From contig CAWAXD010000024.1 of the NCBI GenBank assembly GCA_963785985.1, forward strand, positions 68,885 through 132,884: a stretch of 64,000 bases of DNA, in the 5' to 3' direction. Below the pieces are notes generated by a model. It saw only the letters and a list, made by a program, of their open reading frames with translations. It searched no databases and was not told the DNA's origin. Source of the stretch: an uncultured delta proteobacterium. Lineage in GTDB: Bacteria > Myxococcota_A > UBA9160 > SMWR01. The translations under genes and the position numbers were made by a program. Position 1 is the stretch's first letter, and every line of letters begins with the position of its first letter. Shown here in pieces: positions 9,332 to 18,106 of this stretch.

Positions 9332-9898
9332 TCACGGGTCCATCTTCTCGGGTGCGGGCGCGCCCGGGCCGAACCCGAAGGCTACCACCGCCTGCGGATC
9401 GCGCACGCGGCGCGCGAGCTCCTCGATGCGGCTCCCGAGCCGCGGGTGCACGAGCCGCGGCGCCAGCTCGCAGAGCGGCTCGAGCACGAAGGCGCGCTCG
9501 TGCAGCCGGGGATGCGGGATGCACAGCCCGCGCTCGTCGAGCACGAGCGAGCCGTAGAGCAGCAGATCGAGGTCGAGCGTGCGCGCGCTCCAGCGCGGAC
9601 CTCCGCGGCGGCGCCCGGCAGCGACCTCGATCTCGAGCAGTCGCTCGAGCAGCGCGCGCGGCGCGAGGCGCGTACGCAAGCGCGCGACGGCATTCAGATA
9701 GGGCCCCTGCGGCGGGGGACCGACGGGCGCCGTCTCGTACACCGTCGAGAGCGCCTCGACGCGCACGCCGGGATGCGCGCGCAGCGCGGCGATCGCCGCA
9801 GCCAGCTGCGCCGCGCGATCGCCGAGATTCGAGCCGAGCGCCACGTAGGCGTCGACCCTCCGGCCCTGCGGCGGTTGGGAGCGCGGCGCGCGGGTCAT
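9332..9898 (-). CDS. folK: 2-amino-4-hydroxy-6-hydroxymethyldihydropteridine diphosphokinase
   Basis: 188 aa: AYVALGSNLGDR...STVYETAPVG...RWSARTLDLDLLLYG...IPHPRLHERAFVLEPL, classic HPPK blocks. Confidence 0.9.
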   Translation of the reverse strand: MTRAPRSQPPQGRRVDAYVALGSNLGDRAAQLAAAIAALRAHPGVRVEALSTVYETAPVGPPPQGPYLNAVARLRTRLAPRALLERLLEIEVAAGRRRGGPRWSARTLDLDLLLYGSLVLDERGLCIPHPRLHERAFVLEPLCELAPRLVHPRLGSRIEELARRVRDPQAVVAFGFGPGAPAPEKMDP

Positions 9899-9967
9899 GG
9901 CCAGATCCTACCGCTCCCAGCCGGAGCGGCCGCCCCGACCACACAGCATCGGTTCAGAAGCCGTTCG

Positions 9968-10855
9968 TCACGCTGCATCAGCCGGCAGGCGGAGCACTCG
10001 CATCCGCAATTGGTCGAATCGCGCCGCCACGGCTTGCAGCAGGCGGTCGCTCGCGAAGATCGGCGCGATGCTGACGCAGACGAGGAACTCCGGGATGTGC
10101 AGGACCACCGTGTTGATCAGGTGAAAGGACGCGGCGGCGAGCATCGCCCACCATTGCGTGCGGCGGAAGAGAAAGCCGAGGCCGACGAGCAGCTCGAGGG
10201 CGATCGTCGCCCAGGCAAACGACGTCCAGAACTCCCGCCCGAGGTCGAGCCTCGAGATCCAGAACGCCACTGGCGTGGCCCACATGCTCTGGTGGACGGA
10301 CTCCAGGAGCTTGCCGTCGTGCCACAACGGATTCGTGGCCTTCCAGAGCCCAGACCCGAAGTAGAGCATGAAGGCTTGCAGCGTGAGCACGCGTTCTCCC
10401 CAGCCGCACGCCGGATGTGGCGCACTGGATTCGGCCGGGTTCACCGCCCAGACGCGCCCGCCCTCCGCGAACGTCAGAACCACGAGATAGATCACGATCA
10501 AGCGATCGAACGCCGTGTAGGCGACGGCGATCTCGAGAAAGTAGTGGTAGAGAAAGCCGGCGAGAAGCAGCGGCACCGTGATGTGGGTGCGGAATCCGAG
10601 CGTGACCGCCAGCGCGAGCGACAGCGTGATTCCGAACAGGATCCGGGCCACGACGGGCGGCGGCGCATAGTCGGGGACCAGGAGCGGGACGAACACGCCT
10701 TCCGACGAGAAGAGCAGCGTGACGTGCGGCGCCAGGGCGCCGAAGTAGGCGAGCAGGTAGAGCCCGAGCAGGATGCGGAAGCCCGCCATCCGGTAGGGCG
10801 TGCGGGGCGGGAACCAGAACTTCTCCCACCGCCCCCGAGCCGTCCCGGGCGTCAT
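9968..10855 (-). CDS. HTTM-domain (vitamin-K-carboxylase-like / SdpB-type) polytopic membrane protein
   Basis: ATG 10855 inside ORF 9968..11143, 295 aa. N-terminus WEKFWFPPRTPYRMAGFRILLGLYLLAYF followed by about 8 helices, typical of bacterial HTTM proteins. The ATG overlaps the upstream stop (ATGA at 10852-10855). Confidence 0.75.
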   Translation of the reverse strand: MTPGTARGRWEKFWFPPRTPYRMAGFRILLGLYLLAYFGALAPHVTLLFSSEGVFVPLLVPDYAPPPVVARILFGITLSLALAVTLGFRTHITVPLLLAGFLYHYFLEIAVAYTAFDRLIVIYLVVLTFAEGGRVWAVNPAESSAPHPACGWGERVLTLQAFMLYFGSGLWKATNPLWHDGKLLESVHQSMWATPVAFWISRLDLGREFWTSFAWATIALELLVGLGFLFRRTQWWAMLAAASFHLINTVVLHIPEFLVCVSIAPIFASDRLLQAVAARFDQLRMRVLRLPADAA

Positions 10856-11385
10856 TCGGGCGCCTCGATGAACCACATGCGGTTCCGCGTCGTCTCCGGC
10901 AGCATGCCCGCGCGAAAGCCGCGCGGATCCGTGGGCCAATCGACCGCGTCGAGCCGAATGTCTGCGACGGGGAGATCCGGGTACAGCCGGTTGTGGTTCG
11001 CGCGAATCTTCCGTGCGAGCACGGACCAGGCGCGAGTCCGGCCCACGTCGCCGTAGATCGCCGCAGGGAAGGAAACGTAGAGCTGCATCGTCGTGATCGA
11101 GTGTCGGAGGGGAAAATGGTCGGTGAGCGGCAGCTCGATCCAACGCCCCCGATCTTCGGGGCGGCCGACCTGCGTTCGCTTGCCGTAGATCAGGTAGTCC
11201 TCGTTTCTCGGCGAATAGCTGCTGAACATCGACATCAGGTCGAAGGCGTCCCGCACGAACTTCGGATGCGGGATGTAGAGGCCGAGCTCGACCAGCTGGG
11301 GCGGTTGTAACGCGACCATGGCATTGCCGTACAGCAATGCCAGCGCGATGGCGGACATGCTCAGCCGGCGGCCCGCAGACATCGT
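10852..11385 (-). CDS. hypothetical N-terminally anchored protein, translationally coupled partner of the HTTM protein
   Basis: Lies in ORF 10852..11424. ATG 11385 gives MSAGRRLSMSAIALALLYGNAMVAL (positive N-terminus plus one TM) and then about 150 aa of soluble domain. TTG 11424 and ATG 11361 are alternative starts. Confidence 0.6.
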   Translation of the reverse strand, partial: TMSAGRRLSMSAIALALLYGNAMVALQPPQLVELGLYIPHPKFVRDAFDLMSMFSSYSPRNEDYLIYGKRTQVGRPEDRGRWIELPLTDHFPLRHSITTMQLYVSFPAAIYGDVGRTRAWSVLARKIRANHNRLYPDLPVADIRLDAVDWPTDPRGFRAGMLPETTRNRMWFIEAPE

Positions 11386-11763
11386 GGGAGGTGGATTGCT
11401 GGGCTTCGCGAGCGATCCAGGCAACGTGTTACCCGATGATGCATCGACGGTTCGCCGTCGATCCGTCGTCGCACGAGAATACTATGCTCCCGACGCCCTC
11501 GCGTTCGCGAGCGACCCGGCGAACACGCCTGTCCGGGATCGGGCACGCCGGATCCGAGGGGCCAGGCGCTGCGGCGCCGCGCCTGGCCGCCCGACGTCGA
11601 CGCTCCACCCGACCTCGCCGGCGGAGCGCCGCGGCGCGCGAGAGTGCTTCGACCGGCTAATCAGCGCGCAATGAAGAACGCCGAGCGGGAGCAACAGAAT
11701 CGGAGCTGACGCGGCCCGCGATCGCGCACCGCTCGGCGCTCAAGCTGCCGGGGCAGGGCGTCG

Positions 11764-12387
11764 ATGACGCCTGCGATGGATCCCTCGGTCAAAGGCAGTC
11801 TGGTGTTGGGCGCGGTCGTGAGCGTCCGTCGCCATCGCGACCAGGGCCGGATCTCGGCGGACCAGCTCAGCGCGCGCCTCGACGGCGACGCCCTCGAGCT
11901 CATCGATCAGAAGATCGACATCGGCCGCTGGTATCCGATGAAGCAGTTCACCGCCCTGCTCGACCTCGACTGGGACGTCGGCTCCAAGCGCGATCCCGCC
12001 TACATGCGCCGCCAGGGCGAGCAGGCCGCGGACCGCCTCTTCAGCTCCGGCGTCTACCAGCAGCTCAACTACGCCGAGCGCGCCGACCGCGTGGCCACCG
12101 CCAAGGACCTGAAGCGACAGTCGAAGCTGATCACGTCGATCAACGGATCGCTCTACAACTTCCTCAGCTTCGAGGTGCGGATCGGGGGGGAGCGAAGCGA
12201 CCTCCTCGAGATCATCTACTCGAACGCAGCGCCCTTCTCGGAAGCGCTCCGCCACTCGACGGAGGGCTTCATGAACCAGATCAACCAGCGGCAGGGCTCC
12301 TCCCATCGCTGGATGAGCCGGCGCGACCGCGCCGACGTCATCGTCTTCTCGCTGCCGCTCCCGAGCCGCCTCGTCGCCACGGGCTGA
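11764..12387 (+). CDS. hypothetical cytoplasmic protein (possibly DUF2378/TIGR02265-like, tentative)
   Basis: 207-aa ORF with normal composition and GC3 bias. Its overall layout resembles the Myxococcus paralogous family, but I cannot verify that without a profile search. Confidence 0.6.
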   Translation: MTPAMDPSVKGSLVLGAVVSVRRHRDQGRISADQLSARLDGDALELIDQKIDIGRWYPMKQFTALLDLDWDVGSKRDPAYMRRQGEQAADRLFSSGVYQQLNYAERADRVATAKDLKRQSKLITSINGSLYNFLSFEVRIGGERSDLLEIIYSNAAPFSEALRHSTEGFMNQINQRQGSSHRWMSRRDRADVIVFSLPLPSRLVATG

Positions 12388-12425
12388 GCGCCCCATCCCG
12401 CTCCCTGCCGGCGTCGGAGTCGGGG

Positions 12426-13673
12426 CTAGTTCCCGAAGTCCCAGCTCTCGCCCGCGTGGTGCCGGCCGAGCACGTTCTTTGCGATCAGGATCTTGTGTAC
12501 CTCGTCGGGACCGTCGGCGATGCGCAGCGTGCGCGCGCCCTGGTACATGGCGGCCAGCGGCAGGTCGCCGGACACGCCCGCCGCGCCCCAGACCTGGATC
12601 GCGCGGTCCACCACGCGGTGATAGGCCTCGGGCACGAAGATCTTGATCGCGGAGATCTCCGTGCGCGCGTCGAGGCCGCTGTCCATGCGCTCGGCGCAGT
12701 GGATCGTCATCAGCCGCGCGGCCTGGATATCGATGTACGAGTCCGCGATGAAGCCCTGCACGAACTGCTTGGTCTCGAGCTTGCCGCCGTGGACCTCGCG
12801 CTCGGCGGCGCGCTGCACCATCAGGTCGAAGGCGCGCCACATCTGCCCGACGGAGTTCATGCAGTGATAGACGCGCCCGGCGCCGAGGCGATCCTGCGCG
12901 GCGTGATGACCGGAGCCGGTCTTGCCGAGCTGGTTCGCGAGAGGCACGCGCACGTTCTGGTAGAGGATCTCGCAGTGGTCGCTTTCATGGCCCCACACCG
13001 AGATGCCGCGCACGATCGTGAGGCCGGGCGCGTCCGACGGCACGATGATCTGCGTCATCTTGCCGTTCTGCTCCGCCGGCCCCTTCGGATCTTCCGTGCG
13101 GCACATGACGATGAAGAAGTCCGCGCGCTTGCCGTTCGAGGTGAACCACTTATGGCCGTTGATCACCCACTCGTTTCCCTCGCGGCGCGCCGTGGTCTTG
13201 ATCGAGCGCGGATCGGACCCGGCCGAGTCGGGCTCTGTCATCGAGAAGCCCGACTCGAGCTTCCCCTCGGTGAGCGGAATCAGCCACTTCTGGATCTGCT
13301 CGGGCGTCCCGTACTTCGCGAGGATCTTCTGGTTGCCGGAGTTCGGCGCGACGACACCGAAGAGCGCGGCAGCGCCCATCGTGTAGGCGAGCACTTCGTT
13401 CATGTACGCGTGCTCGAGGAAGCTGAGCCCGCAGCCCCCGTACTCCTCGGGCAGATGCGGCGCCCACAGCCCCGCCTGCTTGACCTTGTCCTTGATCGCG
13501 CCGCGCAGCTCCTTCGCGCGCTGCTTCGCTGACTCGGGTGCATTGTCGCTGCGCGCCACCCACAGCTCGTTCTCGTGGGGAAGGATCTCCTTGTTCACGA
13601 TCTCGGCGGTCATCAGGCGGATCTGGTTGATGCGCTCGCTGACGCCTGCAATCGGCTGAACGTTCATGGGCAC
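12426..13673 (-). CDS. acyl-CoA dehydrogenase family protein
   Basis: 415 aa: GLWAPHLPEEYGGCGLS...GFSMTEPDSAGSDPRSIKTTA...WVINGHKWFTSNG. GAGGAG lies 7 nt upstream of GTG 13673. Confidence 0.9.
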   Translation of the reverse strand: MPMNVQPIAGVSERINQIRLMTAEIVNKEILPHENELWVARSDNAPESAKQRAKELRGAIKDKVKQAGLWAPHLPEEYGGCGLSFLEHAYMNEVLAYTMGAAALFGVVAPNSGNQKILAKYGTPEQIQKWLIPLTEGKLESGFSMTEPDSAGSDPRSIKTTARREGNEWVINGHKWFTSNGKRADFFIVMCRTEDPKGPAEQNGKMTQIIVPSDAPGLTIVRGISVWGHESDHCEILYQNVRVPLANQLGKTGSGHHAAQDRLGAGRVYHCMNSVGQMWRAFDLMVQRAAEREVHGGKLETKQFVQGFIADSYIDIQAARLMTIHCAERMDSGLDARTEISAIKIFVPEAYHRVVDRAIQVWGAAGVSGDLPLAAMYQGARTLRIADGPDEVHKILIAKNVLGRHHAGESWDFGN

Positions 13674-13748
13674 GACGGTTCTCCTCGGGGTTTCGCTGCA
13701 TGCTAAACCACCGCGGCGATCGCTGGCACCGGCGCTTTGCGACGCGCG

Positions 13749-14078
13749 TCAGCGTTGCTTGCGGAACATCCCGTCGAGACGGACCGGCTTGATCTGCTGG
13801 CGCCACTCGGGCGGCTGCTCGCGCGGGGTCTGGGCGCGGACGTAGGCCGCCCATTCCGCGGCCGCGGCATCGCGCGCCGCATCGGCTCGCGGCGCAGACG
13901 GCGCGGTAGTGCTGCCCGCGAAGACCACGACCGCACACAAAACCGCGAGTGCGCCGGCCGCGAAGCTGGTCGCCAGCGACTTCCAGCTCGTTCGCGCCGG
14001 CGGCGGCGTCTGCCCTCGGCAAACCCCCGCGGGGCATCCCAACACTGTGAACGGTACGCTCTGACTCAGCATTGCCAT
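13749..14078 (-). CDS. small single-pass membrane protein, hypothetical
   Basis: ATG 14078 is preceded by AGGAGAGAG. 109 aa with one TM (FAAGALAVLCAVVVFAG) and an Ala/Pro-rich tail. No family recognised. Confidence 0.45.
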   Translation of the reverse strand: MAMLSQSVPFTVLGCPAGVCRGQTPPPARTSWKSLATSFAAGALAVLCAVVVFAGSTTAPSAPRADAARDAAAAEWAAYVRAQTPREQPPEWRQQIKPVRLDGMFRKQR

Positions 14079-14127
14079 CGTCTCTCTCCTTCTGGCGCGC
14101 CCGGCACAGGCGGGAGGATCGGTCATC

Positions 14128-14204
14128 CATTATGAATATCCAGGCCTCTTTATTTCTATTCTGCTATGCAAATATGAATTGGCAAAACTCGAGAGGGTCC
14201 CCCG
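14128..14204. promoter_or_regulatory. AT-rich divergent promoter/operator region upstream of the LysR gene
   Basis: The only strongly AT-rich patch nearby: ttatgaatatccaggcctctttatttctattctgctatgcaaatatgaattgg. It contains ATTC-N14-GAAT dyad symmetry and a repeated ATGAAT, compatible with a LysR T-N11-A type site. Confidence 0.35.
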
Positions 14205-15152
14205 ATGGCCGTCAGTTCCCAACCCGAAACCTCCGCAACCGCCATCCCGCTCGACTGGACGGCGCTGCGCGACTTCCTGGCGGTCGCCGACACCGGGAGC
14301 CTCTCCCGGGCGGCCCGCCGGCTCGCGGTCAGCCAGCCGACACTCACGCGCCGCATGGCGACGCTCGAGAAGCACCTGCGCACGGAGCTCTTCCGGCGCA
14401 CGCCGCGCGGGGTCGAGCTGACGGAGGCGGGCGAGTCGATCCTGCCCGCGGCGCGGCAGATGGAGCAGGAGGCGCACGCGGTCGAGCTCGCGATCTCCGG
14501 GCGCGACACGGCCCTCGCCGGGCTCGTGCGCATCACGGCGACCGAGGGCATCGGCATCCACTGGCTGACGCCCGCGCTCGCGGAGTTCCAGCTCGCGCAC
14601 CCGGCGATCGAGATCCAGCTGATGCTCCAGACGCAGGTCCTGAACCTGCTGCAGCGCGAGGCCGACATCGCGGTGCGTCTCTCGCGGCCGGTCCAGTCGG
14701 ACCTGGTGGCTCGCAAGGTGGGCGATCTCGCGTTCGGGCTCTACGCCTCCCGGGCCTACCTCGAGCGCCGCGGGCGCCCGGCGAAGCTGGAAGACCTGGC
14801 GCGACACAGCTGCGTGGCGTACGACGAGTCGGCGCGCTGGCTGAGCGGACCTGGCGCCGCGATCGAACGCGCGCTCTCCGCGGGTTCCGTCGCCTTCCGC
14901 GCCAACAGCGGACAGGCGCAGCTCGCGGCGATCCGGGCCGGACTCGGGGTCGGCACGGCGGTCCGCTTCCTCGCCGAGCGGCACGCCGAGCTCGAGCAGG
15001 TCTTGCCCGAGACGGAGATCGCATTCGAGCTGTGGCTGATCACCCACCCGGGCCTGCGCCGCAGCGCCCGCATGCGCGCGGTGTTCGACTTCCTGGTGGA
15101 GCGCTTCGCGGATGCCCGCGACGTGTTCAGGGGCCCGGGGCGGGACACCTAG
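14205..15152 (+). CDS. LysR-family transcriptional regulator
   Basis: 315 aa. N-terminal wHTH LRDFLAVADTGSLSRAARRLAVSQPTLTRRMATLE plus a substrate-binding domain. Confidence 0.9.
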   Translation: MAVSSQPETSATAIPLDWTALRDFLAVADTGSLSRAARRLAVSQPTLTRRMATLEKHLRTELFRRTPRGVELTEAGESILPAARQMEQEAHAVELAISGRDTALAGLVRITATEGIGIHWLTPALAEFQLAHPAIEIQLMLQTQVLNLLQREADIAVRLSRPVQSDLVARKVGDLAFGLYASRAYLERRGRPAKLEDLARHSCVAYDESARWLSGPGAAIERALSAGSVAFRANSGQAQLAAIRAGLGVGTAVRFLAERHAELEQVLPETEIAFELWLITHPGLRRSARMRAVFDFLVERFADARDVFRGPGRDT

Positions 15153-15211
15153 CGCGAGAGGCACGCACAGGTTGCAGCGCCCGCTGGTCGATACGGCTGG
15201 AAGGAGGCCCG

Positions 15212-16471
15212 ATGAGCGTCGCGTACGACCCCCTCTCGCCCGAATACCAGGACGACCCCTATCCCGTCTATCGCCGCCTGCGCGACGCGGCCCCCGTTCA
15301 CTACGCGCCCGAGGCGAAGATGTTCTGCGTCTCGCGCCACGCGGACGTCGGCTGCGTGCTGAAGCGCACGGATCTCTACTCGTCGGCCGCGATGACCAGC
15401 GTTCTCTCCGGCGGCTCCCTCTGGGAGCTGGGTCCCGGCTTCGTGCTCGGGTTGCTGCGTTTCATGCTCAAGACGCGGATCAATCCATTCGAGGTGCGCA
15501 AGCGCAAGGCGATGATCAGCGTCGACGGGGAACGTCACGACTCGCTGCGCGGCATCGTGAACCGCGGCTTCACGCCGAGCCGCATCGCGGCCTGGGAGCC
15601 GCGCGCGCGTGCGATCGTGGGAGCGCAGCTCCGCAAGCTCGTCGCAGGCGAGCCGTTCGACGTGATCGAGGACCTCGCCGTTCCGCTACCGATGACGATC
15701 ATTGCGGAGATGCTCGGAGTCGACGCCGCGCGCCGGGCCGCTTTCAAGCGCGGGAGCAACGCTCTCGTTTCCGTCATGTCGGGCGCGGCGAGGAGAGGCT
15801 CGCCCGCAGCCAGCGCGCTCGAGGACGTCTCCGAGCTGTTCTTGTTCCTGCGCGACACCGTACGCGAGAGGCGCCGCCAGCCGGGAGACGATCTGGTGAG
15901 CGTGCTGGTCGATCCCGCGCGCGACGGCGTGCTCGACGAGCTCGACATGGTGCAGTTCGTCGTGCTGCTGCTCGTCGCGGGCAACGAGACCACGACGAAC
16001 CTGATCGGAAACGCGGCCCTCGCGCTGCTCGAGCATCCCGACGCCCTCGAACGCGTCGCGCGCGAGCCCGAGCGCGTGCCCGCGCTCGTGGAAGAGGCGC
16101 TGCGCTACGACGCGCCGGTCCAGGTGGTCTTTCGCACCGTCGTCGAAGACACCGAGCTCGCCGGCACGCGCATCCCGCGCGGCGCCATCGTGGCGGCGCT
16201 GCTCGGCTCCGCCAACCGCGACGAGCGCGCCTTCCCAGACCCCGACCGCTTCGACGTCGAGCGCGAGCCGCGCGGCCACTTCGCCTTCGGCTTCGGTCCC
16301 CACTTCTGTCTGGGCGCGGCGCTTGCGCGCCTCGAAGCGCGCGTCGCGCTCGAAGCGCTGGTGCCGGAGCTCGTGCGCTGCAAGCGGGTCGGGGAGCGCA
16401 ACGCGCGCATCGATTCCTTCCTGGTGCGCGGTCGCGCGCATCTCGACGTCGTCGCGGAGCGCGACGTCTGA
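15212..16471 (+). CDS. cytochrome P450
   Basis: ATG 15212 follows AAGGAGG (15201-15207), inside ORF 14072..16471. I-helix LLVAGNETT, EALRY (ExxR), and heme loop FGFGPHFCLGAALAR. Confidence 0.92.
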   Translation: MSVAYDPLSPEYQDDPYPVYRRLRDAAPVHYAPEAKMFCVSRHADVGCVLKRTDLYSSAAMTSVLSGGSLWELGPGFVLGLLRFMLKTRINPFEVRKRKAMISVDGERHDSLRGIVNRGFTPSRIAAWEPRARAIVGAQLRKLVAGEPFDVIEDLAVPLPMTIIAEMLGVDAARRAAFKRGSNALVSVMSGAARRGSPAASALEDVSELFLFLRDTVRERRRQPGDDLVSVLVDPARDGVLDELDMVQFVVLLLVAGNETTTNLIGNAALALLEHPDALERVAREPERVPALVEEALRYDAPVQVVFRTVVEDTELAGTRIPRGAIVAALLGSANRDERAFPDPDRFDVEREPRGHFAFGFGPHFCLGAALARLEARVALEALVPELVRCKRVGERNARIDSFLVRGRAHLDVVAERDV

Positions 16472-16481
16472 AGCCTCCGGC

Positions 16482-17420
16482 CTATCTCGCTCGGAACCGC
16501 CCGAGATACGTCGTCGCCTCGACGGGCTCCTTCTGGATGGTCTCGAGCAGGCCGCTCAAGATGTCGTGGCAATCGAGCATCACCTTGCGCTTTTGATTGA
16601 GCGAGATGGATAGCGATCGGACATTGGTGTTCTCGCGCGAGAGCGCGAGGATCTGGGACTTGATCCCGGCGAACCGGGCATAGCTCGAAGCGGCCAGCGC
16701 GAGGTCGGCGCCGCCGGCCAGCTTCGCGAGCTTGCCCAGGCCCTCCAGGTCGCTGCGGACCCGTTCGTCTTCCTGGGCCATTCGGGCTTCCAGCTCGTCC
16801 ATCCGCGGGTCGCCAGCCTCTGCGATGTGCGGCGGAAGCAGGCTCTGGATGCGCAGCGCGGCGACCTGGGCGCCGAGCGCAAGCGCCATCACCTGCTTCG
16901 CGTCCCGTGTCGCGGCATTCGCGGTCACGAGGCGCGAGAGCGCGGCGCTCATCTCGTCGAGCGCGCCCGCGGCCGGGCCGAATGCCAGGGCAGCCGCCTT
17001 GAGATTGGTGTTCTCGACCGCCAATTTCAGCAGCTCGTCGTCGATCCGCTGGAACTCGGCGAAGCGCTCTGAGAATTCCGCGAGCAGCTCCTTCTCCGCC
17101 TGGGTTCCGCCTTTGTCGAGGAGCTCCGCCAACTCCCGCCGCTCACGCTCCACGTCCGCCGTGCTTGCGCGCGCCTGGTCCGCGAACGCCTGCGACTCCG
17201 GATCGGTGATCGAGAGCACGGCGCTCTTCTCCGCTTCCGAGGCCGCCACCAGACCCAGTTGCATCCGAGCCACCAGGTCCGTCCGCTGCGCCTTGGAGAC
17301 GAGCTGAGGGTCCGGTTTCGGTGGTCCACCGAAGAGCAGCACCAGCAGGATCAACAGCAACAAGATCGCCGCGCCAGCGGCCATCCAGAGGATGTCGCGG
17401 GTGCCGGGTCTGATCTTCAT
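16482..17420 (-). CDS. membrane-anchored MCP four-helix-bundle (ligand-binding type) domain protein without signalling domain
   Basis: ATG 17420 inside ORF 16482..17501. One TM (ILWMAAGAAILLLLILLVLLF) followed by long helical repeats (..AVENTNLKAAALAF.., ..SRENTNVRSLSISLNQKR..). No HAMP domain or methyl-accepting region. Confidence 0.6.
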   Translation of the reverse strand: MKIRPGTRDILWMAAGAAILLLLILLVLLFGGPPKPDPQLVSKAQRTDLVARMQLGLVAASEAEKSAVLSITDPESQAFADQARASTADVERERRELAELLDKGGTQAEKELLAEFSERFAEFQRIDDELLKLAVENTNLKAAALAFGPAAGALDEMSAALSRLVTANAATRDAKQVMALALGAQVAALRIQSLLPPHIAEAGDPRMDELEARMAQEDERVRSDLEGLGKLAKLAGGADLALAASSYARFAGIKSQILALSRENTNVRSLSISLNQKRKVMLDCHDILSGLLETIQKEPVEATTYLGRFRAR

Positions 17421-17546
17421 GCTGCGGGCTCGCAGGTCGTGCAATCGTGAATTCGAGAAGTCTGGCGTCCCGAACGATATCGGGCGTCTCTCGTACGGCA
17501 ACGGGCTCGCAGGCCGACGTCAGAGCGCGCGTTCGGTTCGCGGGTG

Positions 17547-17909
17547 CTACCTGCCGAGCGGAACCACGACCTCGCGCCCACCGTACCCGTGCACCGAGTC
17601 GCGAGCACGGATACAGACGCTCGTGACGTTCGGCGGCACCTTCACGCCGCTCAGCTCCCGCGTGAACGGCTGCTCCTCGACGTGCGGGTGCTCGAGCACG
17701 CGGGTCGCGAGCACGCTGCCATCCGGGAGCAGAACCTCCCAGGCATTGGCGTAGTGGTCCCAGCCTGCGTCAGCATGCCGGACCGTGACCCGGAACGTGC
17801 ACACGGAAGCCGCGCAGCTCGCGGACGCCGAGAGCACGTCCGCGAGGCCGGCCTGGCTCACGCCAGCGACCGCTACGAGGAGCAGTGGAGAGAGAGGAAG
17901 CCAGCGCAT
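17547..17909 (-). CDS. small secreted hypothetical protein
   Basis: 120 aa. Signal peptide MRWLPLSPLLLVAVAGVSQA, then a His-containing domain (WDHYANAWEV...LEHPHVEEQPFTR...DSVHGYGG). Confidence 0.6.
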   Translation of the reverse strand: MRWLPLSPLLLVAVAGVSQAGLADVLSASASCAASVCTFRVTVRHADAGWDHYANAWEVLLPDGSVLATRVLEHPHVEEQPFTRELSGVKVPPNVTSVCIRARDSVHGYGGREVVVPLGR

Positions 17910-18106
17910 GGCGCGTTCACGCGACCACCCCGAGCGCGACCCTACCCGCGCTCATGATACCCCCGCTCGAAAGGACCCTCCGTTGCCCTTGATGGCGAAC
18001 GAGACGATCCCGCAGCAGAGTCGGGAGCCTGCGGAGGCCGCCGGCGGCGCCGCAGGAGAGGCGTAGGACGTCGATCGGGGTCGCGAGACCCGGGAGCAGC
18101 CGCGCC

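Noticed and set aside
11425-11763. Search for an SdpC-like or other precursor peptide gene upstream of the HTTM pair.
   Set aside because: Only Arg-rich short ORFs without a signal peptide or a ribosome-binding site are present. No credible peptide gene was found.
14072-15211. A 380-codon N-terminal extension of the P450 ORF.
   Set aside because: It overlaps the LysR gene in another frame and is Arg/Pro-rich. A strong AAGGAGG plus ATG at 15212 marks the true P450 start.
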